The notes under the pieces: generated by a model
What the model was told of the DNA's origin: nothing
Databases searched by the model: none
Seen by the model: only the letters and a program-made list of their open reading frames with translations
Shown: piece by piece, positions 13,056-25,108 of the stretch
Layout: every line of letters starts with the position of its first letter
Numbering within the stretch: the first letter of the stretch is position 1
Made by a program: the position numbers and the translations under genes
NCBI GenBank assembly: GCA_965287045.1
Contig: OZ336880.1
Location: forward strand, 48,546,001 to 48,610,000
Length of the DNA stretch: 64,000 nucleotides
Source of the DNA: Carcharhinus amblyrhynchos
Taxonomy: Eukaryota
Direction: 5' to 3'

Positions 13056-13899
13056 ATCTAACTTCGACATAAATATATTAAACACACAAACCATTCCCAC
13101 ACGGTCCCTGCCCACTCCTGACCCCACAATGGACTCAACACCCCTTCCTCCTCCTCACTAGCGCAGACCTACCCCCAACCTTGACCTGACCCACTTGATC
13201 TGAACCAGCTGGTATCTCCTTCACCTCATTCCCAATTCAACATGGCACCCTGATATGACCCGAATGGACTCCCCCAACCCAACCTAACCTGAACCCCCCA
13301 CCCGATCTAAACCAGTTGGACCACCCAGCCCCAGTTTCTGAAACTCCGCCCAATGTCCCACTGCCCCACATCCCAAAAACCCATCCACATATCTGAACTA
13401 TCTCCCTGATCCATTATGTTCAATGAGGCCTTTAAAATCACCTACTTTACAACAGCAAGTCCCTTTTTTTAAAAAAAAGGATTTATTTCACTTCTTTTAA
13501 ACTCCGACCGACTCTGGACACGGAAACTCTCTGCACTGCCTGGATCTCATTCGGCCTAAGTCAGGAAGGTCAAACAAGATAGTCACTGAAGAAATTTAGC
13601 ACAGGTAAGTGGGTACAAAGTGTTAATCCAATGGTGATTGCCACACCAAGGAAGGTATGGTCCAAAGTCTGTCCATAGTCAGCCCAGCTACTCCTGTCTA
13701 TTTTCAGGTGGAAATATTTTACAGCTTGCTCCCAGTAAGCCCCAGGGCTCCGGTCTCCATGGTGACCAAGCCACTCAGACTTGTGGTCGGGCAGAACTCC
13801 TAGCAGAACACATGATTCTCTTCATTAATCAATTTTAATTTGAATTGAAGAGACTATTTAAAACAATCTTCTAAAACCTCACATTTGTAATATTACTTA

Positions 13900-15075
13900 G
13901 CACAATGGAACTTAGATATGGTTATTGAGAACAATCATCTCATCCTCAGGTCATTGCTGTACAAGTTCTTCAGTGTCTTAGGCCTGACTATCATCAACTA
14001 CTTCATGAATAGTCAGAAGTGAGGATGTTGGCTAATGATTGGACAGTGTTTTGTTTCATTTTTAACTCCTCAGATACTGAAGCAGTCTGTTCTACATGTA
14101 GCAGGACCTCAACAACATTCAGGCTTGGGTTGATAAATTGTAGGTAATAATCATGCCACTCAGATGCCAGACATTGATCATCTCCGAGAGTCAGTCTAAC
14201 TACCTCCACTTGACATTCAGTGGTATTACCATCATCATCCTGGGGGTCACTATTGACCAGTAACCTAACTGGAGTAGCCACATAAATACTGTGACTATAA
14301 GAACAGACCAGAGACTGTGAATTCTGCAGGGAGTGACTCACGTCCTGACCCCACAGAGCCTTTCCACCATCTGCAAGAAACAATTAGTAGTGTGATGAAA
14401 TACGTTCCACTTGCCAAGATGAGCGCAGCTGCAACAACATTCAGGAAGCTTGACATCATCCAGGAAATCGCAGCCACTTGATCAGCACTGCATCCACCAG
14501 CTTAAATATTCACTCCTTTCATCACACATAGGGTGACAGCAGCCTGTACTAGATACAAGTTGCACTGCAGCAACTCGCCAAGTCCCCTTCAACAGCACCT
14601 TCCAAATGTGCAACCTTGATCACTTGCCTGTTTGAGTGCTGCTCCAACAAAAGTCATGAAACTCCATACTATCCAGGACAAAGCAGCCCATTTGATTGGC
14701 ACTCCATCCACTGTGTTAAACATTCACTTCACCTATCACAATGCATGGTGTGTACCATCTACAAAGTACATTGCAGCTTCTTACAAAGTCAGGACCTCCT
14801 TTGGCTAGAAGTATAAGGACAGTAGATGAATGAGAACCATTTCTGCGTTCCCCAGTCAAATCCATCCTGATTTGGAAATATATTGCCATTTCTTCTTCAT
14901 CACTGGGTCAAACTTCTAAAATTGCTATCTGATAGCATTGTGGGTGTACCTACACTATGTGGACTGCAGCAGTTTAAAAACCCAGCTCACCACCCCTTTC
15001 TTGAGGGCACTTAGGGATGGCAACAAATGCTGGCTTGCCAGCAACATGCATATTGCATGAACAATGAAAAACAAT
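13900..15075 (+). mobile_element. Degenerate LINE RT and 3' end (same family as 10815-11175), with an internal partial duplication
   Basis: ILGVTIDQ.PNWSSHINTV, SVMKYVPL, KLDIIQ remnants; the segment near 14450-14570 recurs degenerately near 14670-14780; family tail at ~15000-15070. Confidence 0.7.
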
Positions 15076-16402
15076 CTGCATTCCAATTTCAAAACTTGCC
15101 TGATATTAACAATAATGTAAAATGAAATAGGGTTACTTGGTCAAATTAGTTGAAATGTTTACTTCCTAAGAGTTATATGATTAGTACCAATTTTCAATGG
15201 ACTGGTTTTGTGATCTTGCATTCCCAATGGAGTTGTATCCCTGTATCATAGACGCACAATCTACAGTTTTCTTCCATTAAAATTTATGGATGGGAAAATC
15301 ACAGGCTGTTCAGCTGAAATGCACTCCCTGGAGATGCTACATTCTGCTCAAGCTGGTGAATTGGCCCTTATCGTTATTTGGTAAAGTCAGTCAATTGGAC
15401 ACAAATAGATCTGTATTGTGTAGATTGCTCACATTCTGAAGATGGTACTAATACTTAAATTCTGATTTTGCGAGATTAGAACTTGAGTGGAACATAAAAC
15501 AGGTAAAATCCTATCAGTTTACAGCTGGGCTAGTTAGGTTAAAAATACCTGCTCTCTTGTCTTTTTTTTCTCTCTACCTCTTTCCTTCTCTGCTTCTGAA
15601 TGTCTGTCCCTGCCCTCTAGCTTAGTTACCCTGTGCCCCAAGTAGATGCCAGGTGATCTCCTTCCTGTTCCTAAGGCTAGATCTCCTCCCATTATTTCTC
15701 TCCCCCCAACTCAAGATTCTTATTTCCCTTTTCAGTCTCTGTTTCTCTCCTGTCACTGGCTTCGTATACCTAAGTGATCTTGATTTGCTCTTCATTGGAG
15801 CTCCTTCCCACACTGCTTCAATGTAAATGAAGTTTGAGGCCTAATATTGGGAGTATCCCTCATGTCTCAGGTGTAGGGATCATTGCCTGAGTCCCCTGCA
15901 TACCTAAAAATGGACAAAACAAAATTACTAGGTCTTTAAGTTTTTTTAATCATGAGAATGTAAGCTTATCAAGGACCAAAGTGAGAAATGGAATCAAAGA
16001 GAGTTAGCAGTGCCACCTAGTGTAGGAGAGTTGAAAGCTAAGCACAGCAAAAAATATAGTTGTGGTGATATCACCCGTTAAAAGTAATATAATTTGGCAT
16101 AAAAAACAGAAAAAGCTACAAACACTCAGCAGGCCAGGTCATCAGTGGGGACTAGTCAGTAGAAGTTTTAGGTTTAATGATCCGAAGACATTAAAGATGA
16201 TCAGCATTGAAAAAGATGCAGAACGAGGGTAGGATTGTGTGAAAAGCATGCACACACACATTGCTGCATTTTACTGGCCTCTGGAAGGCAGGTTAAGAGG
16301 CAGTAAAAATTTGGGAAACCAGGTCAGAATAACTCCATGATGCGGTCTCACCATCAGGTCATTTTACCAACAGTAGGATGGGAATCATTCAGGCAATTTC
16401 CA

Positions 16403-16540
16403 GTAAAAGCAAAATACTGCGGATGCTGGTAATCTGAAATAAAAGTAGAAAATGCTGGAAAATCCCAGCAGGTCTGGCAGCATCTGTGGAGGAAAAAACA
16501 GAGTTAATGTTTCGAGTCCAATATGACTTTTCTTCAGAAC
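16403..16540 (-). mobile_element. Penelope-derived element (family A), single arm, with a near-intact minimal hammerhead motif
   Basis: Minus strand 16540-16501 reads GTT-CTGAAGA-A-AAGTC-ATATTG-GACTC-GAAAC-ATT-AACTC. Confidence 0.7.
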
Positions 16541-17444
16541 CATAATTAAAGGCCCAATTAGGGGCCAATTTAAGAGGGGAAATGACTGTAACCCTCGAGC
16601 ATGAGGTCCTCTGGTGCAGTGTGGGATTAAAGAAGGCCTCATTGGCCTGCTGTCCTCTCCTGCCATCAGGAGACTGTCTCTACAGAGCTGCCAGACATGG
16701 CACTCAGCGAGATTATGTTCCACCACAAGCAAGATTCTTGTGGCGCTCTCTCCATTCTCCTCACTGCCAGGTAAGTAGCCCTTGTTATTGTTCACCTTTA
16801 TCCAGCAAGACCCGATACCCTAATAAGCAAGTTTGCTCCTGGACCCTCTTCTAAACATATCTCCACAGGATTGGGAAGACAACATCATATTTCCCATTGC
16901 TGCTCAGCATTCTCCCTTTCTAACGAATGACCCCTGAGCCTCAGCAACCACACCACCCTGAGCAATGACAGGGACTCAATATTGCTATTCCTGTCATCAG
17001 GACCAACTCCTGCTCAAATATGATGTGCATCTCACCATGTGACAATCCAGCTACCTCTGATGCATTACCCACCAAAGTGGGTGGCCCTGCTCTGGTGGAG
17101 GTTGCACGTGAGTCAAGTGATAGTGCATTCTCCAGAATGCTCACCTCAGATGAGGACTCAGCATCTGAGTCCTTAGATCACAACTCCATTGTCATCTTTG
17201 CTGGATCTTTCAGAGATAAAATGCACATGAATTAGTGCTGACATGGGGAAAGGGCCAGTGCAAAACATGATTTTTCAGTTTATTGTGCCATCAGTTTAGC
17301 TTGAGTGACTCTTAAGTGCCAAATTGCATCTCTAATTCTGTTATCACATCTGTGTGGACAATCTTTGGCTAAATAATATGGGGGATGGGAGTGAACAACA
17401 CACTCCCACAGCCAGTGACACCCATGTCCCACAAATGAATAAAA

Positions 17445-18760
17445 ATAAATATACTATGAGAGTGAACTTGCAAGTAACGCAAAAGTAGACTGTAGAAGTT
17501 TCTATAAGTATATATAACAAAAAAGATAAGGGAAGACAAGTGTCTTACAGCCTGAAACAGGCAAATTCATAATAGAGAACAAGGAAATAACAGAGCAATT
17601 AACAACTATTTTGTTCTGTCATCACAGAAGAAGACAGAAAAAAAACTTGCCAGAAATGCTAAGGAACAAAGAATAGTGAGAAGGAGGAAGTGAAGGAAAT
17701 TAGTATTTGTCAAAAAAAAAGTCCTGGAGAAACAAATGGGACTGAAAGCCAATAAATCCCCATGGCCTGATAATATACATCCCAGATGGCCATAGAAATA
17801 GTGGATGAATTGGTTGGCATCTTCTAAAGTTCTGCAGATTCTGAAACACTCCTAGCAGCTTAGTGGGTGGCAAATGTAACTCAGCTATTTAAAAAAGGAG
17901 GCAGGGAGAAAACTGGGGATTATAGACCCGGTTTACCTAACATCAGTAGTAGGGAAAATATTACAATGGCTGCAATAATAGGACACTTAGAAAATATCAA
18001 TAGGATTAGACAAAGTCAAATTGTATTAATGAAGGAGAAATCATGTTTGACAAACCTATTGGAGTTTTTTTGAGGATATAACTAGTAGAATAGATGAGGG
18101 TGAAACAGTAGATTTTCTGCCTTTGGATTTTCAAGAAACTTTTGACAAAGAGATTAGTGTGCAAAATTTAAAGAGCATGGGATTGAGGGTAATATATTGG
18201 CATGATTGAGAATTGCTTAGCAAACAGCAAACGAAGAGTCGGAATAAATGAGTCTTTTTCAAAGTGCCGGGCAGTGATCAGTGGGGTCCTGCAGAAATCA
18301 GTGCTTCTGCCCCAGCTATTCACAATATGCACCATTGATTTGGATGAGGGAACAAAAAATAATATTTCTAAGTTTGCTGATGACACAAAACTTGGTGAGA
18401 ATATGAGTGGTGCAGAGAATGCTAAGAGGCTTCAAGATTATTTAGACAAATTGAGTGAGTGGGCAAATAAATGACAGGTGCAGTATAACGCAGATTAATG
18501 TGAAGGCATCCATTTCGGATGGAGAAATAGAATAATAGTCTTATTTAAATGGTGATAGATTGGGAAATGTACAAAGGGGCCTGGGTGTCCTATTACACAA
18601 GTCACTGAAAGCAGCATGCAGGTACATTAAGCAGTTAGGAAAGCAAATGGTATGTTGGCTTTCATTGCAAGAGTATAGGAGAAAGGATGTTTGTCCACAA
18701 CTGTAGAAGGTCTTGGTAAGATCACACTTGGGATATTATATGTAGTTTTTATCTCCTTGG
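17445..18760 (+). mobile_element. Degenerate CR1 LINE ORF2 (reverse transcriptase region)
   Basis: ANVTQLFKKGGREKTGDYRP, KSCLTNLLEFF, LDFQETFDK, ISKFADDTKLG motifs with several stops and frameshifts. Confidence 0.92.
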
Positions 18761-19924
18761 GAATGAGATGCTCCTGCTGTGGCTGGGTTTAAAAAGTGGG
18801 GATAACCCAGCACCTTTTGCTGCAGAAGATCAAAGGTTTGCTCCACAATAGATTGTATCTGTTCATATTAATACTTAGCTGACATCTTAGGGTTGCTTTT
18901 TTTAATAAAACAGGCAAGACTTCAATTGGAAACAATATTATTAAGAGGTCAGATTTAGAAGCAGTCGTATGACACAATTAACTAAATAATAAAATAACTA
19001 AATCAGAATGAATCTGGCAAATTCATTTTTGGGCATTGCCAACCCACCCATTTTGAAGCAGTGGAAGTTATTATATAAGTGTTATCTACTAATGCATTTA
19101 CTGATGGCTTCCATGTCTTCAGGTAGACATAATCTATCATCACTGACATTCTGTGAAAGCCAACGACAGCATAAAAATGTTGATAAGCGACCAATTGTTT
19201 TTCTACACTTCAGATGAAATAAATGCACCGCTTCTCTGGAACTATATAAATGATCAGGTCCTGAATGTAGAAGGACATAGTACCCTGTCAAATATCAGAA
19301 TATCACCAGCTGCGTCAGGTCAGAGACCAGACAGTGCTCAGTTTATGGTAGCAGAAAGAGTCTGAAGCTGTTGGGACTGTTGTTTGTTAGGTAAGGGATG
19401 AGTGTACTTTTTCATTAGTGGGTAACTATGGGATAGGCAGGAAAGGCTGGTTAAGGCAAGGGTTTCTCTGAAATGATCTTAGTTTCATTTTGTTATTTTT
19501 ACTTAGGCTATAGAAACAAGACAATGATCTTAACCACAAGTGCAACACTGTTCTATTCAAATGTCCTCTCTTGACTTTTGTTCAGTGATTTATTCAAATA
19601 TTTCTAATAGCTTTTCTTCAAGACATCTTCATTTAACTTTACACCATTGAGTTAACAGGTAGTACATTCCTTGTACATTCCTTTCTGCCCTACTTTTGTA
19701 AGAGCAGCATACGCATCTGAAATTTGTTTCGTTCATATTAGTATTATGGAGAGCAGTTAATGTTATATAGCTAGAAATTATATAATTAAGTAATGTTGGG
19801 ACAACTTTCACCTGTGTATGGGTAGGAATGGAAAGTACATTACTTTAGCCACAGAAATGTTCTTTTAATATGTAGTTTCTGTAATTCAGCGATGACCTTC
19901 ATTTTATCAAAATGGTAGAAGTAT

Positions 19925-20851
19925 GTGACACCAAGATTGGTGGAACGGCAAATTGTGCGGAGGGTGTGGAGAGTCTACAGAAGGATCTAGATAGGCTAGG
20001 CGAATGGGCCAGGAAATGGCAAATGGAATTTAATGTTGGCAAGTGCGAGGTGGTCCACTTTGGTAGGAATAATGGTAGGAAGGATTATTACTTACGTGGC
20101 GAAAAACTGCAGCAGGCGACGGTGCAGAGGGACCTCAGGGTCCTTGTGCATGAGTCGCAAAAACCCAGCTTGCAGGTGCAGCAGGTGGTCAGGAAGGCTA
20201 ATGGGATGCTGGCCTTCATAGCGAGGGGGATTGAATATAAAAGTAGGGAGGTCTTGCTGCGGCTGTATAGGGCATTGGTGAGGCCGCAGCTGGAGTACAG
20301 TGTGTAGTTTTGGGCGCCGTACTTACGCAAGGATATTTTGGCCTTGGAGGGAGTGCAGAGGAGGTTTACTAGGCTGATGCCGGAGTTGAGGGGGTTGAGC
20401 TATGAGGAGAGGCTGAATAAACTAGGCTTGTACTCGTTAGAGTTTAGAAGAATGAGGGGAGATCTCATTGAGACATATAAGATGATGAATGGGATGGATA
20501 GGATAGAGGTGGAGAGACTCTTCCCGCTCAGAAAGGACAGTAGGACTAGGGGGCACAGCCTCAAGATAAAGGGGGGGCGGTTTAGAACGGAGTTGAGGAA
20601 GAATTTCTTCACTCAAAGGGTGATGAATCTCTGGAATTCTCTGCCCGTTGAAGTGGTGGAGGCTACCTCGCTAAATATTTTTAAGAAGCGGGTTGATGGG
20701 TTTTTGATAATAGAGGGGATTAAGGGTTATGGGGAGAGGGCGGGAATGTGGAACTGAGCCACGACAGATCAGCCATGATCTTATTGAATGGCGGGGCAGG
20801 TTCGAAGGGCTAGATGGCCTACTCCTGCTCCTATTTCTTATGTTCTTATGT
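19925..20851 (+). mobile_element. Young 5'-truncated CR1 LINE 3' end
   Basis: Near-open ORF2 (DTKIGG..WQMEFNVGKCEVVHFG..LEY..FFTQRVMNLWNSLP) with one in-frame stop at 20305-20307; CpGs retained; 3' UTR and (TATGTTCT)n tail. Confidence 0.95.
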
Positions 20852-21221
20852 ACCTAGCACAACACACCATGTAACTTAGATTTTCTAAGTTCCACTACTG
20901 ATAGGGTTTTGCTTGCCTGCCATGTTGAATTTTGTGTAGTCCTTCTCCCACTATTTTTTTTTAATGTTACTGTTTTCAAGTAAAGGCCAGCTGTTTATTT
21001 TTAACTCTTGCTCTTTATTGTTTTTAACTATGGATTAACTATTTGTTCTTGGCTCCAGCTATGGTGTTTGTGTTCATTTTTGCTGCAAGTCTCAACATTT
21101 ACTATGAATATAGTCGCTTTTTTATGTTTTAGTGTCAATGTCAAAGTTTCTACTTTTAGCCACATCTTTTCTATTTTGTATTAAATTACATTGTTGGTAA
21201 AATAATGTTTCATGGTCCAAA

Positions 21222-21320
21222 CGGCTGCCACAGTTCCTACTTAGAACTGTGACTAAGTTTCAAAAGTACTTAACTGGCTATAAAGTGCTTTGGGACATCT
21301 GGTTCTCCTGAAAATTTCTA
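21222..21320 (+). mobile_element. DeuSINE (SacSINE1/AmnSINE1-like) 3' fragment
   Basis: 'gctgcc..ttcctac..gtgacta..ttcaaaagtactt.a.tggct.taaag.gctttgggac' matches the Deu-domain and tail consensus as I recall it. Confidence 0.6.
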
Positions 21321-21574
21321 AATCAATGAAAAACCAGGATTTTACAGCCCCAGCCACCTGGCAAGATATTATGGTCCAGCCAAATCAAACAGCAATTTGG
21401 CCAATGGCTGGAGGAAACTGGTTTGCGAAACCAAGCAGGTTTGGATGGTGTTAGTAGAGGAGGTCAGCAGCTATGAAGTTTCCCTGCCACACCTTCCTGC
21501 AGTGCCAAAAGAAGGTTATGACCTAATGTGTTCCAGAAAAGCAAGTGCAGTGCATATATTAAGCTTAAAGCTTT

Positions 21575-21722
21575 AACTGTGACCTAAGTTGCAATGCAGG
21601 AACTATTGCTAGCCGGTTTGCAGACAACAAGCTCTGACAAACGGTAATGGGATTATGATCAGATAATAATATGTTTTTGTGATGTGACTGAGGGATAAAT
21701 ATTGGCCGGGATAACTGGGGAT
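21575..21722 (-). mobile_element. DeuSINE (SacSINE1/AmnSINE1-like) central-domain fragment
   Basis: 'atgatcagataat..tgtttttgtgatgt..tgagggataaatattggcc.gga..actgggga' is the reverse strand of the conserved Deu domain. Confidence 0.7.
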
Positions 21723-22379
21723 GTTGACAAATAACAAAGGTTATTTAACTAATGGTGCGTGTACTGGAGACAGGTTGAAAGGGATGTTCTCCAGAAGTCA
21801 GTGTTGAGTCTATTTGAATATAGAAAACATTAGAGGGGCTTTGGCCTGCCTCTGTGCTCTGGCACTGTCTCCAACATTGAAAAACGAGTAATAAAACAAA
21901 AATAGCCCTTCAGCCCTTACCCCTCCCTACAAACACCCTGTGCCCAATTCATGCCAACCTATGTGCTTCTTTACTTGCCAGTTGGCCCTTTATTCCCATC
22001 ACTCCAACCTACTCTACCCACCCCTTGAAATTTATAGTCCCTTTGCTAATCAATACCCCTCTACCACCCCCATGGTCCCATATAGCACCATTGCGAATGC
22101 AGTGCCAACTGATGTCAATCCATGCCCCCTACACTTTTCGTTTACAGCTACCATGCCAACTCACTCAGTATCCATCATGGCAGACCTCAGAACCCATGTT
22201 GAGATTAAATAAAATAAAAAATTTTAAGTGTCTATCAGAAACTTTATTTTAAGTACTCTCATTCACAAAAAGCTGCCTTATAAAAACAAATCTTTCATTC
22301 ATAGTCACTCAAATTGTGCCATGTCAGATTTTGTATTCTCTGTATAGCTACCCTGATTTCTCACAGGCATAAGTCACCA

Positions 22380-22690
22380 TCTCTTTAGTGGGCAGCCCTA
22401 ATCACCCAGTATTCATCCTTGAGGATGCATGTGGAGCCTGAAAAAAGTCTGATACCTGGGACTACTTTACAATGAAAACATTCTGACAGTTTCCAGAGAA
22501 TTTTGTGCAGATCTGAAAGAGCTATCTGAGATGGCTACACACTATTGTGCATAAAGCAATTATACACCCTTCCTGTTGATGAAATGTGCTGCCTGGTTTG
22601 TGAAAACTTAATGACCATTTGTGCGCAGTTGATACCCTGTTCCTAGAGGAATCCAGCAATGGCCTCAAACATTACAGCTCTGCCAACTTC
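22380..22690 (-). mobile_element. Degenerate PIF/Harbinger (HARBI1-like) transposase fragment
   Basis: Minus-strand translation AIAGFL*EQGINCAQMVIK...HFINRKG resembles the 'IAGFP.V.GAIDCTHV.I...FINRKG' DDE segment. Confidence 0.6.
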
Positions 22691-23440
22691 ACTGTCCAAA
22701 TTGGCACAAAATTGGCCTCTTAATTATGGCATTAGTCACCACTTTGATGCAGTTATGCTTTGCAGAGTGGGAGCTGTCACAGAAGATCGCTGAAACGAAC
22801 CAGTGGTGTAGGAATTTTATGCCATAAAGGCCTTTAATGCAACAGGCATTGGGTGCTTGTACCTTCCCATTGGATTCAGCTCATCCTTCCTTGTGGCAAA
22901 ATGTATCCCAGAAAGTTCCCAATGTGCTTCAGAGATCCTCTTTACCACTCCAGCAGCAGTGGCCAGGAGATGGCGAGTATCCCATTAGGTAGCTTTTGAA
23001 AACAATATCAACTTCATGTTTGCTCATAAACAGCTGGTCACTGTTAGGGGTGGACATTAGTTGAAGTGCCAGCAACAAAAATACCACGCAGCATCTTTAC
23101 GATTGCTACATGACATTTAAAATGGAAATCAGCTGTTTCACAAATCTCCAGGAAGTCTTTCTCAGCTTTGGCCTCAACGACTTTCTCAAATGGTGGTTTC
23201 TCTCATAAAAATGAGAGAAACCACCATTTGACCTTATGACCCCATCTTAGCCAATTTTTTTGTGGCAAAATATTCAAAAACCATCCCTTATGTTTCTGAT
23301 TGGTCTCTTTTGCCTGTTCTGTCTTATAGGTGTGTTGAGATGCTGTCCATTTTCCTCCCAGCTTTATAAACATACTCAAAAAGTGAGTTTGCAATAAATG
23401 TACATTTGATTAATTATCTGAATCAACAATTTACTTTTAG

Positions 23441-23601
23441 ATGAAGCTGCATCAACTCATCAAAATGATGAAGAAGACGGTACTGAGAGTGACAGTAGTG
23501 ATGAAGATGACAGCAAGGATAGCAATAATGAAGACAGTGATGAAAATGAAAGCTCAGATGAGACGTCAGATGATTCATCTGGAAGTGAAGAAAGTACATA
23601 A
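23441..23601 (+). CDS. ERICH2: ERICH2-like terminal coding exon (acidic tail), stop TAA 23599-23601
   Basis: ttacttttag acceptor; phase 1 joins the 11850-11921 exon to give DEAASTHQNDEEDGTESDSSDEDDSKDSNNEDSDENESSDETSDDSSGSEEST*, a D/E/S-rich C-terminus as in ERICH2. The ORF track shows a different frame. Confidence 0.85.
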
Positions 23602-25051
23602 TGTCAATTTCCATAAGTATGTTGCAGTACTATTCTCACTTAAAGCAGCAAATTTCACAACCAATTTCCTCTTTTAATTTCAGTTACAATAATTCATGTT
23701 AAAAAATAATTATTTCACCTGGATTATTAGAGAATATAGAATATTGAACAGCAAACAAGGATTTGTTACATTTCAACTCTTATCCTTCTGTCTTGTTAAA
23801 TATCAAGACGCTTTTTACCTTTATATTTTATTAGATTATGTTTACTCTATCAACTCATCATGTTTAAGATTCTATTCTAATGTACTGTAATTCAAGTATT
23901 GCTTCCATCCTAGGCACCCTTGCATGTATTATTTGCAAAAATGTAACCAGAATTAAAATGAATGCAAGTATAATATGCAAGTTACGTCCACTTCACCAAC
24001 TACGTTAGCTTTCTGCAATTAAATATTTTCTTGCAATATGTCTTTTTTGGGGAAGACTATTTGCAACACAGGATGAATCTTATTTTGGGTTGTATGATGG
24101 TATGTGTAATTTTATTTCCAATTGTCCTCCCTATGTGGCAAAACAACAAAATATTCAAAGTCCAGTGAAATCTCAGCAGCATTTTGTATCAACAAAAGCA
24201 GATGACGAGATGTTTCTAAAGTTTACAATATACAAACAAAGAATGCTTCATAACTTTCCACGATTCATCCATAATGTTGAATCAAATCTAGCCTCCATCA
24301 CTTATGCAATGCCTCCAATTTGTTAAAAGACGCATCAACGAGGTTATCCTAATATCCACTTCTAAAATGCTCCCACAACCTTTATGTGTAATATGTCAAA
24401 TCAACAAAGTTTCTTACATGCAGAATTATTTAACTGATAAAACAGTGCAGGAATGTTTTGCTTAATTGGCGAATATGTTAAATTTTCAGGTTTTCGCCTC
24501 ATCCCTTTAAACATGTGTATCCTTCCCCAAACACATGCCCTTCATTGATTAATTATCCTTGCATCGTCCCCAAATGCACACTTTGACTCTCTCCAATCAT
24601 GCATGTTGCACGTGCACACACATTTTCTATTATGGATGTAGTATGGTCGATTTTATTCCTGAAAAAGTAATAGTAATCCAATATACAGGTAAATATGGGA
24701 TCAGATTAGATGCCAGGAAAGTAGAACACTCCTGTTCAATTCAGCACGGTCATTCTTAGAAAAATTCTCACTTTGTTTTGTCTTGACATTATATTTCAAC
24801 GATGAAAGCTAATAATGTCAGGGAAGCCAACATAGATGAATTATTGAGGCCAACGGTGTGAAAGACCTGAATTAATATCAGCAGAGATATAGTCATTAAC
24901 CCAAGGAATTTCAGCAATTAATGTCCCGTCAATTGAGTGCATGTTAATTTACCTCCCTTGGTGAATCTGGCTAAATAAATTACTTGAGTGGTTTCTCCAA
25001 TGAGACACTATTAGAATGAAATTCAATATAGAAGGAATATGTTTAAATATC

Positions 25052-25108
25052 TGTGTGTGTGATGTCTTTATGTATGTGTGTGTGTGTATACAATATGTGT
25101 GTGATGTG
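25052..25108. repeat. Imperfect (TG)n microsatellite
   Basis: Interrupted TG runs visible directly. Confidence 0.7.

Noticed and set aside
16540-17260. Possible Harbinger-related or MITE remnants (also ~31100-32400, ~33220-33350, ~62090-62350)
   Set aside because: They look repeat-derived, but I could not assign boundaries or diagnostic motifs.
23441-23677. 78-aa Met/Lys-rich ORF in the track
   Set aside because: It is an alternative frame of the ERICH2 acidic exon; its ATG is the first three bases after the splice acceptor.
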